64,000 nucleotides of DNA from Anaerolineales bacterium (GCA_047602145.1 JASGIA010000001.1:803062-867061), one strand, 5' to 3'. Counted from the stretch's first letter, positions 25,826 to 36,024 are shown. The notes: generated from the sequence alone by a model not told the origin. Program-made: numbers and translations.

Positions 25826-26722
25826 ATGCCGAGACGGAAATCCCCTGAAGACTTGTCTGTCGAAGAGTTGCGCCGGCTGCTGATCGAGAAGCGGCGGGGC
25901 GCACGTCGTGAGCGGCTGGAGCACTTTAAAAGAACAGGACGTGTCGTGGCTGTGGAGCCGGACACGTTGCCGAGGTCCGCTGCGGTGGTGGATACGCTCG
26001 AAGGAAACGGTGACCAAGCCGAAGTCCCGGTATCGAAGCGCCGACGGGTGATGGATCGTTTCCTGTTGGTGGTGGAAGTGCTTGCCGTGGTAGGACTCGT
26101 CGGAGTTCTGATCAGCGGATTTGGGATCCTGCGCGACCTCAACGCGGAGATGCAATCGGCTCTGATCCAGGAAACGCTCACGCCGACACCGCTGGTGATG
26201 GCGGTCGTTCTTCCGTCGGGACATCTGCCTCCGGACGCCCAAGGGAATACACGCCCGAACGACGCGGAAATCCCGGCACATTTGCAGCCCATGGTGCAGT
26301 CGCTGGCGAACCTTCCGCTCCCGACCGCTGCGCCGGATCAGGCGATCCGCATTCAGGTGCCGTCGATCAACATCGATGCGCCGGTGGTGCAGGGCGATGG
26401 TTGGGAGCAGTTGAAGAAGGGCGTGGGAACGAGCCTGAGCTCGGTCAACCCTGGGCAGAGCGGGAACATTATTATGTCGGCACATAATGATGTGTATGGC
26501 GAGATCTTCCGTTATCTCGATAAGTTGGTGCCGGGCGATCAGGTGATCCTGTACACGCAGCAGCGACAGTATGTGTATGTGGTGGATCGCACAGCGATCG
26601 TCGAGCCGACGGCAGTGGAAGTGATGGCGAGCACGGGCAGCCCGACAGTGACGTTGATCTCGTGCTATCCGTATCTGGTCGATAAACAGCGCATTGTGGT
26701 GTTTGCGCGATTACAGAATTAA
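25826..26722 (+). CDS. sortase (class E-like) with N-terminal cytoplasmic extension and TM anchor
   Basis: Catalytic H (MSAHND), TLISCYP catalytic Cys motif, conserved R in the C-terminal strand. Confidence 0.8.
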   Translation: MPRRKSPEDLSVEELRRLLIEKRRGARRERLEHFKRTGRVVAVEPDTLPRSAAVVDTLEGNGDQAEVPVSKRRRVMDRFLLVVEVLAVVGLVGVLISGFGILRDLNAEMQSALIQETLTPTPLVMAVVLPSGHLPPDAQGNTRPNDAEIPAHLQPMVQSLANLPLPTAAPDQAIRIQVPSINIDAPVVQGDGWEQLKKGVGTSLSSVNPGQSGNIIMSAHNDVYGEIFRYLDKLVPGDQVILYTQQRQYVYVVDRTAIVEPTAVEVMASTGSPTVTLISCYPYLVDKQRIVVFARLQN

Positions 26723-26769
26723 TTATGTCGTTCCTCGGAATGACGGAATAACAAGGAGTAAAAAAGAAC

Positions 26770-26931
26770 ATGGCAAAGAGCAAACGAACATCGGTGAGCG
26801 TGACTTCCTCTGCGAAGGGCGCTGAGTTCAACCCCGATTACAGCATCATCAAGCGCGACCTCGGTCGCATTGGGACGCTGGCAGGTTTCTTCGTGGTTGT
26901 GCTGATCGTTCTTTCGTTCATTATCAAGTAA
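26770..26931 (+). CDS. small tail-anchored membrane protein (53 aa, not in ORF track)
   Basis: ATG at 26770 with AAGGAG RBS; MAKSKRTSVSVTSSAKGAEFNPDYSIIKRDLGRIGTLAGFFVVVLIVLSFIIK; followed by a strong terminator. Confidence 0.45.
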   Translation: MAKSKRTSVSVTSSAKGAEFNPDYSIIKRDLGRIGTLAGFFVVVLIVLSFIIK

Positions 26932-26941
26932 TGAAGAAAGG

Positions 26942-26976
26942 ATAGGGCGACCCGAGCGGGTCGCCCTATTTGATTC
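26942..26976 (+). terminator. rho-independent terminator (ATAGGGCGACCC-gag-CGGGTCGCCCTAT + TTTGATT)
   Basis: A 12-bp perfect stem directly after the small ORF. Confidence 0.7.
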
Positions 26977-26977
26977 T

Positions 26978-28257
26978 ATGGACTATGAAGTTTCTTTGAC
27001 CACACTCACCTACGGCGGTGACGCCATGGGACGGCTGCCGGATAACCGAGCAGTCTTTGTCCCGTTTGGGTTGCCGGGGGAACGTGTGCGTGTGCGGTTG
27101 ACGGAAGAGAAGAAGAATTTTGCGCGCGGGGAGATCGTTGAGTTTCTTGAAACATCTCCCGAGCGGATCATCGCCAAGTGCAAGCATTTCGGCGTCTGCG
27201 GCGGATGTCATTATCAGAATTTGTCGTATGAAAAACAATTGGCAGTTAAAGCGGATATTTTGCGCGACCAGTTGACACGTATCGGCAAGATCGAGAATCC
27301 GCCGGTCAAGCCGATGATGGGATGTCCGAGTCCGTGGAATTATCGGAATCATGTGCAGTTTCATTTGTCGGGAAATGGGAAACTGGGCTATGTGAAAGCT
27401 TCGACGGGGCTCAGCCCCGTCGAGAGCGGTGGGAATATTTTAGAAATCACCGAATGCCATCTGCCCGAGCCTTCTATCAATGATCTCTGGCATCAACTGG
27501 AATTCGAACCTGAAACGGATGTGGAACGCGTATCCCTGCGTGCGGGCAAAGAGGAAGATATCATGCTCGTGCTCGAATCGGATTCGCCCGATGCGCCCGA
27601 ACTCGAGGTCGAAGCCGGGATTTCTATCGCACATGTTTATGAAGAGCATGCGGTCGTCATCGCAGGGAATGACCATATCATTATCAACGTTTTGGGACGC
27701 GATTTCAAAGTCTCTGCACCGTCTTTCTTTCAGGTGAATACGGTCATGGCAGGAAAGATGGCGGAGCACCTGCTTACGCGTCTACCTGTTTCCCTGTCTA
27801 CGACTTTACTGGATGTCTACTGCGGAGTTGGTCTGTTCAGCGCCTTCTTCGCGCCGAAATGCAAATCGGTGATCGGAATTGAAATCTTCGGAAATCGTCG
27901 TGTGAAGATTTTGCCGTCAATTTGGATGAGTTTGAGAATGTGGAATTGTACGAGGGGTTGGCGGAGGAGATATTGCCGGAACTTGTAGGTCGGATTGTCC
28001 CCTACGGGGATGCTAGCGCTACCAATCCGCTCCACGTTTTGGTTGACCCTCCACGCGCAGGGTTGGATAAGGCAGTGGTAGATGGCATTCTCAAGCTAAG
28101 TCCGCAGATGATCGCGTATGTGTCATGTGACCCATCTACGCTGGCGCGGGATGCGGCGCGGTTTATCAACGGGGGATATAAGTTGAAGGAAGTCACGCCA
28201 TTCGATCTGTTCCCGCAGACGTATCATATTGAAAGCATCAGTATCTTTGAACGATAA
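26978..28257 (+). CDS. rlmD: 23S rRNA (uracil-C5)-methyltransferase RlmD/RumA-like (TRAM + Fe-S + MTase), frameshifted near 27885-27900
   Basis: Track ORF 26978..27988 has the TRAM domain and 4-Cys cluster (CKHFGVCGGCHYQ); the C-terminal DPPRAGL…VSCDPSTLARD part continues in ORF 27922..28257 in another frame. Confidence 0.7.
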
Positions 28258-28290
28258 AAAAATCCCTCTCATTCGAGAGGGATTTTTGTT
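28256..28290. terminator. bidirectional terminator (AAAAAAATCCCTCTC-attc-GAGAGGGATTTTTGTT)
   Basis: Perfect 11-bp stem with flanking A- and T-runs after rlmD. Confidence 0.75.
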
Positions 28291-28295
28291 GTAAA

Positions 28296-28389
28296 CGTAG
28301 GGGCGACCCTTCCTTGCTATCATGTGATCCATTTGCTTTGTGAACTTGCTGAAGCGTAACTGGATCGTGCTGGGCGGGTCGACCCTACG
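28296..28389. repeat. REP-like element, family B (CGTAGGGGCGACCC … GGGTCGACCCTACG with a 66-nt spacer)
   Basis: Inverted arms with the CGTAGGGG/CCCCTACG termini shared with the palindromes around the RAYT at 43796..44351. Confidence 0.55.
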
Positions 28390-28401
28390 TCGGGTAATCG
28401 A

Positions 28402-29526
28402 TTAACTTGCCGGAGGAACATCAACAGGCGGTTCGATCTTCGGTGCTGCCGCCGCAGCCACGGGCAGAGCTTTGATCTCACGATAGGTGAGTGTCCATAC
28501 TGTTGACGTGTACACTGCCTGCCAGCTTCCGATCAAGACCCACGGGGAGAAGGCGATGGTAAAGAACAGCGGAGCGATAAAGATCGCGCCAGCAACCCAT
28601 GGGAGCCAGCCAGTCAGGAAGGTGCTGAAGATACCGGCGAATAACAGGTAGGGTAGGGCAGAGACCAACGCTGCGATGACCGCCGTTACGATCACGATCG
28701 GGATGCTGACGATGATGAGAATGATGGACACGAACGCCCAGACGATTCCCAGACCGATCATCACCAGCCACATCAAACCGACATTCTTCCAGTTCTCGAG
28801 CACAAACGTCCAACCGCGTTTTAGCGATTCACGCACACCAAGGTCTTCCAGCACGCTGACCCGCCAGAAGAAGTTGCGCAGCAGATTCAACACAATGCTC
28901 AAGATCACGACCACGAAGATGGTGATGAACACCAACACAACGGTTGCTATTGTGCTGAAGGTGGCGAAGTTCGCCGTCCCATTGACCCATGCCAGATACA
29001 CACCGATACCTGCGATGAGCAATACCAACATCAACGCGATTGCTGGAAGGTTCACGATCAAGTTGATCAGGAACAGACGCCAAGCCTTTTTCGACCAGCC
29101 GAGGCGGAAACCTTGTCTCACGGTCATCTGATTGCCGGTGGATTCGTAATCGTCCACCATCTTGATGACAGCGGTCTCCGATACGTAGCGTGCAATCGCC
29201 ATTACAATGCCGACCAACATCATCACCACAATGAAGGCAACGAACAACCACACGAAAGCTCTGACCGATTCGCCTGTGATATTGAACTTAGGAAAACCTT
29301 GTTCAAAGGCTTTGCTTATTTCTTGTTTGAATTCCTGCCAGCCCAGCTGCATATCATGCGGCGTCAATTGCTGGTTTTGTCCCTGCCGCTGTTCGTATCT
29401 ACTATTATTCGAGCCGTGACTGCCTGCACCACCCGCAGCCAGCGCAATGATCAAACCGAATGCCCACAGAGCACGATAACTCCACAGGATAGTCCATGAA
29501 CGTTTCAAAATTTTGACGGGATCCAT
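28402..29526 (-). CDS. polytopic membrane protein of unknown function
   Basis: 374 aa, Gln-rich N-terminal segment then about 6 TM helices, Pro/Ala-rich C-terminus; no recognisable catalytic motif. Confidence 0.5.
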   Translation of the reverse strand: MDPVKILKRSWTILWSYRALWAFGLIIALAAGGAGSHGSNNSRYEQRQGQNQQLTPHDMQLGWQEFKQEISKAFEQGFPKFNITGESVRAFVWLFVAFIVVMMLVGIVMAIARYVSETAVIKMVDDYESTGNQMTVRQGFRLGWSKKAWRLFLINLIVNLPAIALMLVLLIAGIGVYLAWVNGTANFATFSTIATVVLVFITIFVVVILSIVLNLLRNFFWRVSVLEDLGVRESLKRGWTFVLENWKNVGLMWLVMIGLGIVWAFVSIILIIVSIPIVIVTAVIAALVSALPYLLFAGIFSTFLTGWLPWVAGAIFIAPLFFTIAFSPWVLIGSWQAVYTSTVWTLTYREIKALPVAAAAAPKIEPPVDVPPAS

Positions 29527-29564
29527 TCTTTCTCCTTGTTGCTTCTTTCTTTTTTATTGACACC

Positions 29565-29617
29565 GTCCCGCAGGTTTTTTTCGAAACCTAATTTGACGGA
29601 TAGAAACCTGCGGGACG
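29565..29617. repeat. copy 2 of repeated palindromic element (CGTCCCGCAGGTTT-25 nt-AAACCTGCGGGACG), terminator-like
   Basis: Identical 14-bp arms and a related 25-nt loop (TtTCGAAAcCT…) compared with the element at 9605..9657. Confidence 0.7.
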
Positions 29618-29660
29618 TTTATTGACGTTTATTCGCTTCTTTTCTGGACTTCGAGCTGCC

Positions 29661-30269
29661 TCAGCCTTCGAGCAGCGGATTACTCAACTGACGCGTATGC
29701 CGCGTCCACCAGACCGCGATCCATGTGAGATACAGGAGCGCCACCGCAGCTTGCAGAACGATCTGCGGTAACCAGCCTCTGACAAAGCTTTCGGTCGTCT
29801 CTGCCCAGCGGATTCCATTTCCTGACAGCATTCCGAACTGCCCAAGGGATGACGATACATCCACCATGCCGGAGGGAGCGGAGATGAAGGATGCGGTGGT
29901 CTTATCCAGTAATCCAAAGGTCTTCGCCACATTGACCGCGTCGCCGAGCAGGATGGCAGTGCTGATAAAGACCCACACTGCCACCAAGCTTACCGGGATC
30001 ATCCACCAGCTGATCTCGAAGAGAGAACGCTGCGGAGGGGGAGTCCGCTTTTGAGGCAGGAGCAGGTTGACCTAAGTCGCGAAGCGTTCTGGTGAAGGGA
30101 AGTCCGGTAATGGGACTTCTTGCAGCAATCCCGAAAGATCGCTCAACGCTTCCAATTCCTTCTGGCAGGATTCACACTCGGCGAGATGCTCCTCCACCTG
30201 TCGCAGCTTTCCGTTCTTCAACTCACCGTCGAAGTAGGCATTCAACCATTCGGTCACGTGGTTAGACAT
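29661..30269 (-). pseudogene. membrane-bound anti-sigma factor (ZAS zinc-finger + TM + extracytoplasmic segment) interrupted by an in-frame TAG at 30069..30071
   Basis: ORF 30072..30269 encodes the ZAS motif (HLAECESCQKEL). The downstream ORF 29661..30002 is in the same frame and would add a linker and TM helix (MIPVSLVAVWVFISTAILLG) after a single TAG. Confidence 0.55.
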
Positions 30270-30819
30270 GTTCTACCTCCATTGCTATAAATAATTTTGG
30301 TTCCAACGTTTCTTTCAATAATTTGCGAGCATAATTCAATCGTGACATAACCGTTCCAATGGGAATGTCGAGCGCATCAGCGATCTCACGGTAGGACATT
30401 CCTTCGTACTCTTTCAGCACCAGCACCGCGCGGCTGGCATCGGGCAGGGACATGACCGCTTTCTGCACCAGTGCCGTTCGTTCATTCTGCGATGTCTGCG
30501 ATTCGGGGCTGGGGCGGTCATCTTGTAAATTCAGATCATCGATGTCGTTTGGCAGGATGCGCTTCTCTTTGCGGAGCATATCCATGCCCGCGTTGAAGGC
30601 GATGCGGTACAACCAGTTGCGCATGGACGTTTGCGGGCGGTAGGAGGCAATATTCTGCCAGGCACGGATAAAGGTTTCCTGTGCCGCATCCTCTGCGACC
30701 AGCGCATCGCCGCACATGCGGTAGACAACATTGAACACACCACGGGCGTGGATACGAACCAGTTCGCTAAATGCGTTTCGTTCGCCGTTCTGTGCGCGTG
30801 TGATGAGCTCTCGCCTCAT
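30262..30819 (-). CDS. ECF-family RNA polymerase sigma factor (SigE/RpoE-like)
   Basis: Region 2 (…FIRAWQNIASYRPQTSMRNWLYRIAFN) and region 4 (LPDASRAVLVLKEYEGMSYREIADALDIPIGTVMSRLNYAR); overlaps the anti-sigma start. Confidence 0.85.
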   Translation of the reverse strand: MRRELITRAQNGERNAFSELVRIHARGVFNVVYRMCGDALVAEDAAQETFIRAWQNIASYRPQTSMRNWLYRIAFNAGMDMLRKEKRILPNDIDDLNLQDDRPSPESQTSQNERTALVQKAVMSLPDASRAVLVLKEYEGMSYREIADALDIPIGTVMSRLNYARKLLKETLEPKLFIAMEVEHV

Positions 30820-30916
30820 TGACCGCCGTCGCTGCTACATAATGATCCATTCTTGTTGATTGCCTTCGTCACGTAGTTAACGGGGATGTGCCCGTTTTTA
30901 TTCGAAACAATTTTGC

Positions 30917-31006
30917 GGGTAGACAGGTAAACAAAGTACACAGGTAAACAAGTCGTTGCCAACTATGTCTACCTGTGTACTTGTCTACTTCTGTACCTGT
31001 GTACTT
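30917..31006 (-). promoter_or_regulatory. array of four GTA(G/C)ACAGGTA(AACAA) motifs (two direct, two inverted) upstream of the ECF sigma gene
   Basis: GTAGACAGGTAAACAA (30919), GTACACAGGTAAACAA (30936), inverted TGTCTACCTGTGTAC (30966) and CTGTACCTGTGTAC (30991). Confidence 0.5.
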
Positions 31007-31012
31007 TCGCTT

Positions 31013-32989
31013 TTACTCTTTCTTATCCGTTGACTTCCCGCTCATGCTTTTGCGAATTTCGGCTCGCAATTGCTCGACCTCTTCGGAGCGTACACCTTGA
31101 GCTTCCTTGGAGAGCGCACTAAAGCGGTCGGAGAGCAGCATGGTGAGCAGGGCTTCCATCACATTGCCGTTGCCGCCATCTTTGCTCGCACCGACAACCA
31201 CGCGCGGCACCACATCCACTTTCGATTGTTGGACGGCTTCGGAGAAGCGGTTGAGCACCTGCTGCGTCACCTGGAACTGCGGTCCACCATAGGCGCGGAC
31301 TTGTTCCTCGGTTGCCAGAGCTTGAGCGATACCGATGCGTGCCACCTTTTCGGCTTCCGCTTCGGCAAGAGCACGGATCTGCGCCGCCTGTTGGATGGAG
31401 CGCTGGTATTCAGCCTTACCCTGGTTGGACTGGATCTGGATGTTCAATTCTGCCTGGGTCATGCTAGTCTGCATCTCGGCGCGGGATTCCGCTTCGCGCA
31501 GTTCGCGTTCCTTAATGGCAGCTTTTTCCTGGCGGTCGTAGGTTTCGATCTGTTCCGCCGCGATCTGTCGCGAGCGCAGCTGTGTAAGAATGGTTTCGAT
31601 CTGTTGGTCGTTCTCAGGAGAGGACGGTGTACCGATCAGCACTTCTTCCAGTTCAAGATTGTAGTGTTCGAACTTTTCCTTCATCTCTTCGCTGGCGATC
31701 TTTTGGATGTCACTGCGTTCCTGCAATAACTGGATCAAGGTGCGGGTCTGACCGATGTTCTTAAAGTACGCTGCCACCATTGGGTCGAGGGTTTGCTCGA
31801 CGAGGCGCTTGATGTCACCGAAGCGTTGGATGACCAGCGGAGCTTTTTTGTAATCAATGTGGACGACTACTGAGAGCGGCAGTGAAGGTTCAAACGCGTC
31901 CTTGGTGATGAGCGAGACCTCTGTCAGGTTTTCATCGAACTTGTGCGCGCCACTCTGACTACGGATCCATTTGAGGATAAAGTTGGTCGTAGGGACGGAG
32001 ACCACTTTCCCGGCGTAGGTATTGAACGGATATTTACCGGGCAACAGCGCTTCTTCCCACACACCGCGTCTGCCGCGCGCCACCAATTCACCGTGGCGGT
32101 ATTCCGAACCGGAAAGATCTTCGCCTGTTTCACCGGTGTAGGAAACGACCACACCTACATTACCGACTTCGATCACGGTCTTCTGGATCATTTCCACGGT
32201 GGCGAACAGGCGGTTGACGTAATAAGTACCTTCTACTAACACCTGCAACTGGCGACCACGGAAGCCGCCTGCAAGCAGGAATTTATCAGGATCCTGGAAC
32301 TTGTTATGATAGGTTTCAGTAACTTTTGGATCGTCACCAACAACAGGGGCAATGATCTCACCCTGCGCCAGGGAAGGACCGTCGTGGACGGTGGCGATAC
32401 CGATCTTGTCATCGGTGTCCTTGATGATAACGGGGGTAAAACCGCCGCGTTCTCCGATGACCTGCGCCATGCGATGAATGACATCCTGTTCCTCACGGCT
32501 AAGAGGCAGCGAGTAAACACGTTCATCCGTCAATACGATAAACTGCATTAAGTTGATGGCATAGGTACCTTCACGCAGCACACGGCGTTGCGGTCCACGT
32601 TGACCGCCATTCTTGAGGAAGCTTTCCACATCCTGGAAGTCGAAGGCGATATCGTTCGAAGCCAACGCCTGGGTTGGTTCCAGTAATTTACCGTCACGAG
32701 CGAAGATGTAGCCGATCTTGCCCTGTGGGATGGTCACCAGAGGAGCCAGCCGCACTACATATTGGATGGGCATTAAGTAATGTAGACCACCTCGCAGTAC
32801 CTTGGGTTGAAAGCCAGCTTCGCCATTAAGGGCAATAAATCCGCTTTTGACGGAGCCTTTTCCGCTAAAGCGCTTTTCCACAATGCCGATACGAGTGTTG
32901 GGAATAAAGCGGATGCCAGATATGGCGAGCAGCAGCAGGATAGCCCCCAAAAATACAAAAACGAGCATTAGAAAGCCTAAACCGTTCAT
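31013..32989 (-). CDS. flotillin-like SPFH/Band-7 domain protein (YqiK-like)
   Basis: N-terminal TM helix, SPFH domain, long C-terminal coiled-coil/EA-repeat region (…AEAEKVARIGIAQALATEE…). Confidence 0.8.
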   Translation of the reverse strand: MNGLGFLMLVFVFLGAILLLLAISGIRFIPNTRIGIVEKRFSGKGSVKSGFIALNGEAGFQPKVLRGGLHYLMPIQYVVRLAPLVTIPQGKIGYIFARDGKLLEPTQALASNDIAFDFQDVESFLKNGGQRGPQRRVLREGTYAINLMQFIVLTDERVYSLPLSREEQDVIHRMAQVIGERGGFTPVIIKDTDDKIGIATVHDGPSLAQGEIIAPVVGDDPKVTETYHNKFQDPDKFLLAGGFRGRQLQVLVEGTYYVNRLFATVEMIQKTVIEVGNVGVVVSYTGETGEDLSGSEYRHGELVARGRRGVWEEALLPGKYPFNTYAGKVVSVPTTNFILKWIRSQSGAHKFDENLTEVSLITKDAFEPSLPLSVVVHIDYKKAPLVIQRFGDIKRLVEQTLDPMVAAYFKNIGQTRTLIQLLQERSDIQKIASEEMKEKFEHYNLELEEVLIGTPSSPENDQQIETILTQLRSRQIAAEQIETYDRQEKAAIKERELREAESRAEMQTSMTQAELNIQIQSNQGKAEYQRSIQQAAQIRALAEAEAEKVARIGIAQALATEEQVRAYGGPQFQVTQQVLNRFSEAVQQSKVDVVPRVVVGASKDGGNGNVMEALLTMLLSDRFSALSKEAQGVRSEEVEQLRAEIRKSMSGKSTDKKE

Positions 32990-33129
32990 TTTTTCTCCTT
33001 TGCATGTTTCAATGCCAGATAATTCTACGCTGATTTCGGATTCTTAGGTTGCGCATTTTAAAGGAGAACCTCCCCAATTTATCTGGGGTTAGCCAGAAAA
33101 TCGGGGAGGTATTTCAGGCAGAGAAAGGA

Positions 33130-35030
33130 TCAGTTCTCCGAGATCACGATCACTTTGTCTTGTTCGGTAAAGGTCACGTTTTGAGACTTTTTCGGGTTGG
33201 TATGGACACCATATCCTTTGCCCGCATCATTCACTTCGGATGCGATACGGTAACCGAGTGTCGTCTCGCCGCGCGCCTTTGCCGCCTCCACCACTGTGTA
33301 GAAGTTGACCGGCTGCCCAGTGACAACATAATCGCTGATGGGCTTGAGGTAGATCTCAGAACCTTCCGGGTCGAAGATGTCGGTGAAGACATCGAACAGG
33401 TCGGCGTTCTCCGAAAGCTGCGACATCATCAAGCTGACGAGATGTTCGCTGACGATGAAGTCATCCACTTTGGTGGCTTCGGCGAGTTCACGATTGCGCA
33501 GGTCGAGCATTTCACTGACGATGGAGAAGGGCGTGTAGTCTTTATCTGCCATGTCGCGCAGATGCAGCAGTGTGACCAACGTCTTTGCATCTGCTTCCTG
33601 CGGTTCGAGCGTGCTATATGCCAATACGATAACGTGATCGTAATCCTGCACGTTGAGTGAGTCGAGCAGGTCACGGTCTGTGGTTTCGCCTTCCATTACT
33701 TCCAGTTTTTGGTTGACCAGTTTGCCACCCTGGGCGCGGATCTGTTTTTCGATGTTGTAGACATCTGCCACCACGGTCACTTGCGAACCTTTGGGCACGT
33801 AGTTATCCAGTTCGTGCACGATGGTCGTGCCGCTGCGGTTCCAACCAAGGATGAGGCATTTTTCCGTTTTGGGTTGAACCGGAGCGCCGCTTGAGCGGAT
33901 GAGCGCTTTATTTACCGGAATCGAGCTCTGGCTTGAGAGACGAATCGTGTCGTCATCCGCAGAAAGTGCGAAGATCTGGTCGCCTTTTTCGATCAGCGAA
34001 TCCATGGGTGGGTTGAGCAGGATCCTGCCGTCCGCTTTGCGTAGACCCATTACACAAGAGTCTTCGTAGGCAAGCAAAGTGTCGCCGTAGGTTTTTCCTT
34101 CGAGCGCCTGTTCCTGCTTGAAATAAATCTCGTCGCCGCCGAAGTTCATCAACTCTGTGTAGACGAGCGAGAGACCCGACTGACGGGAGGTCTGTGCCAC
34201 CACGCGGGCGATCAGGTCGCCAGTGAGCACGGCTTGTACATTATCGTTGGCACCGACCATCTTCAGCACGGCGAGATTCTTTTCATTGCGGATCTGCGTG
34301 ACAATGTGATATTTCTCCGCGCGGCGGTTGGGATTGTTGGTGATCGCCAGCACGGTCTTGATGACATCGGTATCGGGATCTTCGTTCTCCGGAGGCAGCA
34401 CGATGATGGACTTCGCTTCATGCGGACTGGCGATCTCGATGTCGTTCGGGTCAATGGGACTTCCGTTGCGGCAGATGATGCGCGTCTTTCCTTTGACCTC
34501 GACCCGCTCCCGTATCTCGTCTTCCATCTCCACCTTGTCTTTATCCGCCAAGATCACGATAGAGGCATTCTTCTGATTTTCGTTCGCCAACATCAGTTCA
34601 TTGAGCACGGTAAAGATCTGGGATGACCAACCAAGGATGAGCGAGTGGTTGTTCTCCAGCACCTTGGAACGACCCTTGCGGAGTTCGTTCATCTGGTCTT
34701 CGATGCCGTTGTTCAGCACACCGATCAGGGCGCTGACGACGAAGATACCGCCCATGGTAACCACCAGCATGACAATGCGGAACGCTGTGCCAGTATCACC
34801 GCCCATGGTGCCGGCGTCGAAGGTGCGCATCAGGCTTTCCCAGGCAGCTTCGCCAAAGGACAGGCGGTCGCCGCCATCTTGCGTGATGCCTGTCAGGGTG
34901 AGAAATGCGCCTGATACAAAAATAATGACGAGTGAGAACACCAACAACATGCCGATCATGGCAGATGTGCCGCGTGACATGAGGTTGTCGAACCTGTATT
35001 TTAATTTCTGAGTTAATGTGGGTTTCATGA
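33130..35030 (-). CDS. ion channel with two TM helices plus tandem RCK (TrkA-N-like) domains, CASTOR/POLLUX-like architecture (start trimmed to MKPTL)
   Basis: N-terminal 2-TM pore-type segment, then two Rossmann-like RCK regions (LILGWSSQ… and CLILGWNRSG…). Confidence 0.6.
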
Positions 35031-35297
35031 TATCTCCCGGGTGAAATGATTCGCTGATTATAGGTTTATTCCCGCTACTTGCCAACAGGACGAAAGTTTT
35101 TAGCAAGTAGACTGTAATGTCCGAGTTGCTTGTATGAGAAGCAGCCTTGATGCCATCTACTCTTTGAAGGTTTGTACTTCTGAATTGACTCTCCCTCTAT
35201 TTTGCCTATACTAGAGTCATTCAACTTTTCACAGGTTTTTGTACGATACGGGCGCGGAAACCAACCTGTGGGACGGTTTATACGAAAGGATATTTTT

Positions 35298-35984
35298 ATG
35301 ACTGATAAACTCACGTGGTACGGACATGCCACCCTCGGGCTCGAAACGGGCGGACATAAGCTGGTCATTGATCCCTTCTTCAGCGGAAATCCCGCGGCTC
35401 CCATCTCCGCCGATGCCGTGCAAGCGGACTTCATCCTCGTCAGCCACGGACATGGTGACCACGTCGGCGACGGCGTGGAGATCGCCCAGCGCACGGGAGC
35501 CCTGGTCATCAGCAATTTCGAGATCGCTGCCTGGTTCGAAGGCAAGGGTGTGGAGAAGGTTCATGGTCAGCATCTCGGCGGCGGATACAAACACCCCTTC
35601 GGTTATCTAAAACTCACCCTGGCGTTACACGGATCCATGCTGCCAGATGGACATTATGGCGGCAATCCCTGCGGTTTCCTGCTTACCACGAATGATGGCA
35701 AGAAAATTTATCTGGCACAGGATACCGGTCTGTTTGGCGATATGAAGTTGATCGGCGAAGAGGGATTGGACCTGGCGGTCATTCCCATCGGCGATAACTT
35801 CACCATGGGTCCGGACGATGCTCTACGCGCGGTCAAGATGCTACAACCAAAGGTGGTGATCCCGATCCACTACAACACATGGGACTTGCTTGCTCAAGAT
35901 GCGAATGCCTGGGCAGCGCGGGTGGAGAAGGAGACTGGCACGAAGGCAATGGTGTTAAAGCCGGGGGAGAGTTATTCTTTCTAA
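35298..35984 (+). CDS. metallo-beta-lactamase-fold hydrolase, UPF0173 family
   Basis: HGHGDH zinc-binding motif; the start at MTDKLTWYGHA has an AAAGGA RBS. Confidence 0.8.
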   Translation: MTDKLTWYGHATLGLETGGHKLVIDPFFSGNPAAPISADAVQADFILVSHGHGDHVGDGVEIAQRTGALVISNFEIAAWFEGKGVEKVHGQHLGGGYKHPFGYLKLTLALHGSMLPDGHYGGNPCGFLLTTNDGKKIYLAQDTGLFGDMKLIGEEGLDLAVIPIGDNFTMGPDDALRAVKMLQPKVVIPIHYNTWDLLAQDANAWAARVEKETGTKAMVLKPGESYSF

Positions 35985-35995
35985 AATGTATTTTG

Positions 35996-36024
35996 CTTTG
36001 GCGGGGGCTTAGCCCCCGCCAAAG
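35996..36024. repeat. REP-like GC palindrome (CTTTGGCGGGGGCT-ta-AGCCCCCGCCAAAG) flanking RAYT gene
   Basis: Perfect 14-bp arms, downstream of the metallo-beta-lactamase-fold gene and about 80 bp from the RAYT stop. Confidence 0.6.

Noticed and set aside
30917-31006. Repeat array considered as a CRISPR-like or tandem-repeat locus
   Set aside because: There are only four short copies in mixed orientation with no uniform spacers and no cas genes. It is better explained as a transcription-factor binding array.
35202-35297. N-terminal 32-aa extension of the metallo-beta-lactamase-fold hydrolase ORF
   Set aside because: The AAAGGA RBS precedes the internal MTDKLTWYGHA start, which matches the UPF0173 family N-terminus.
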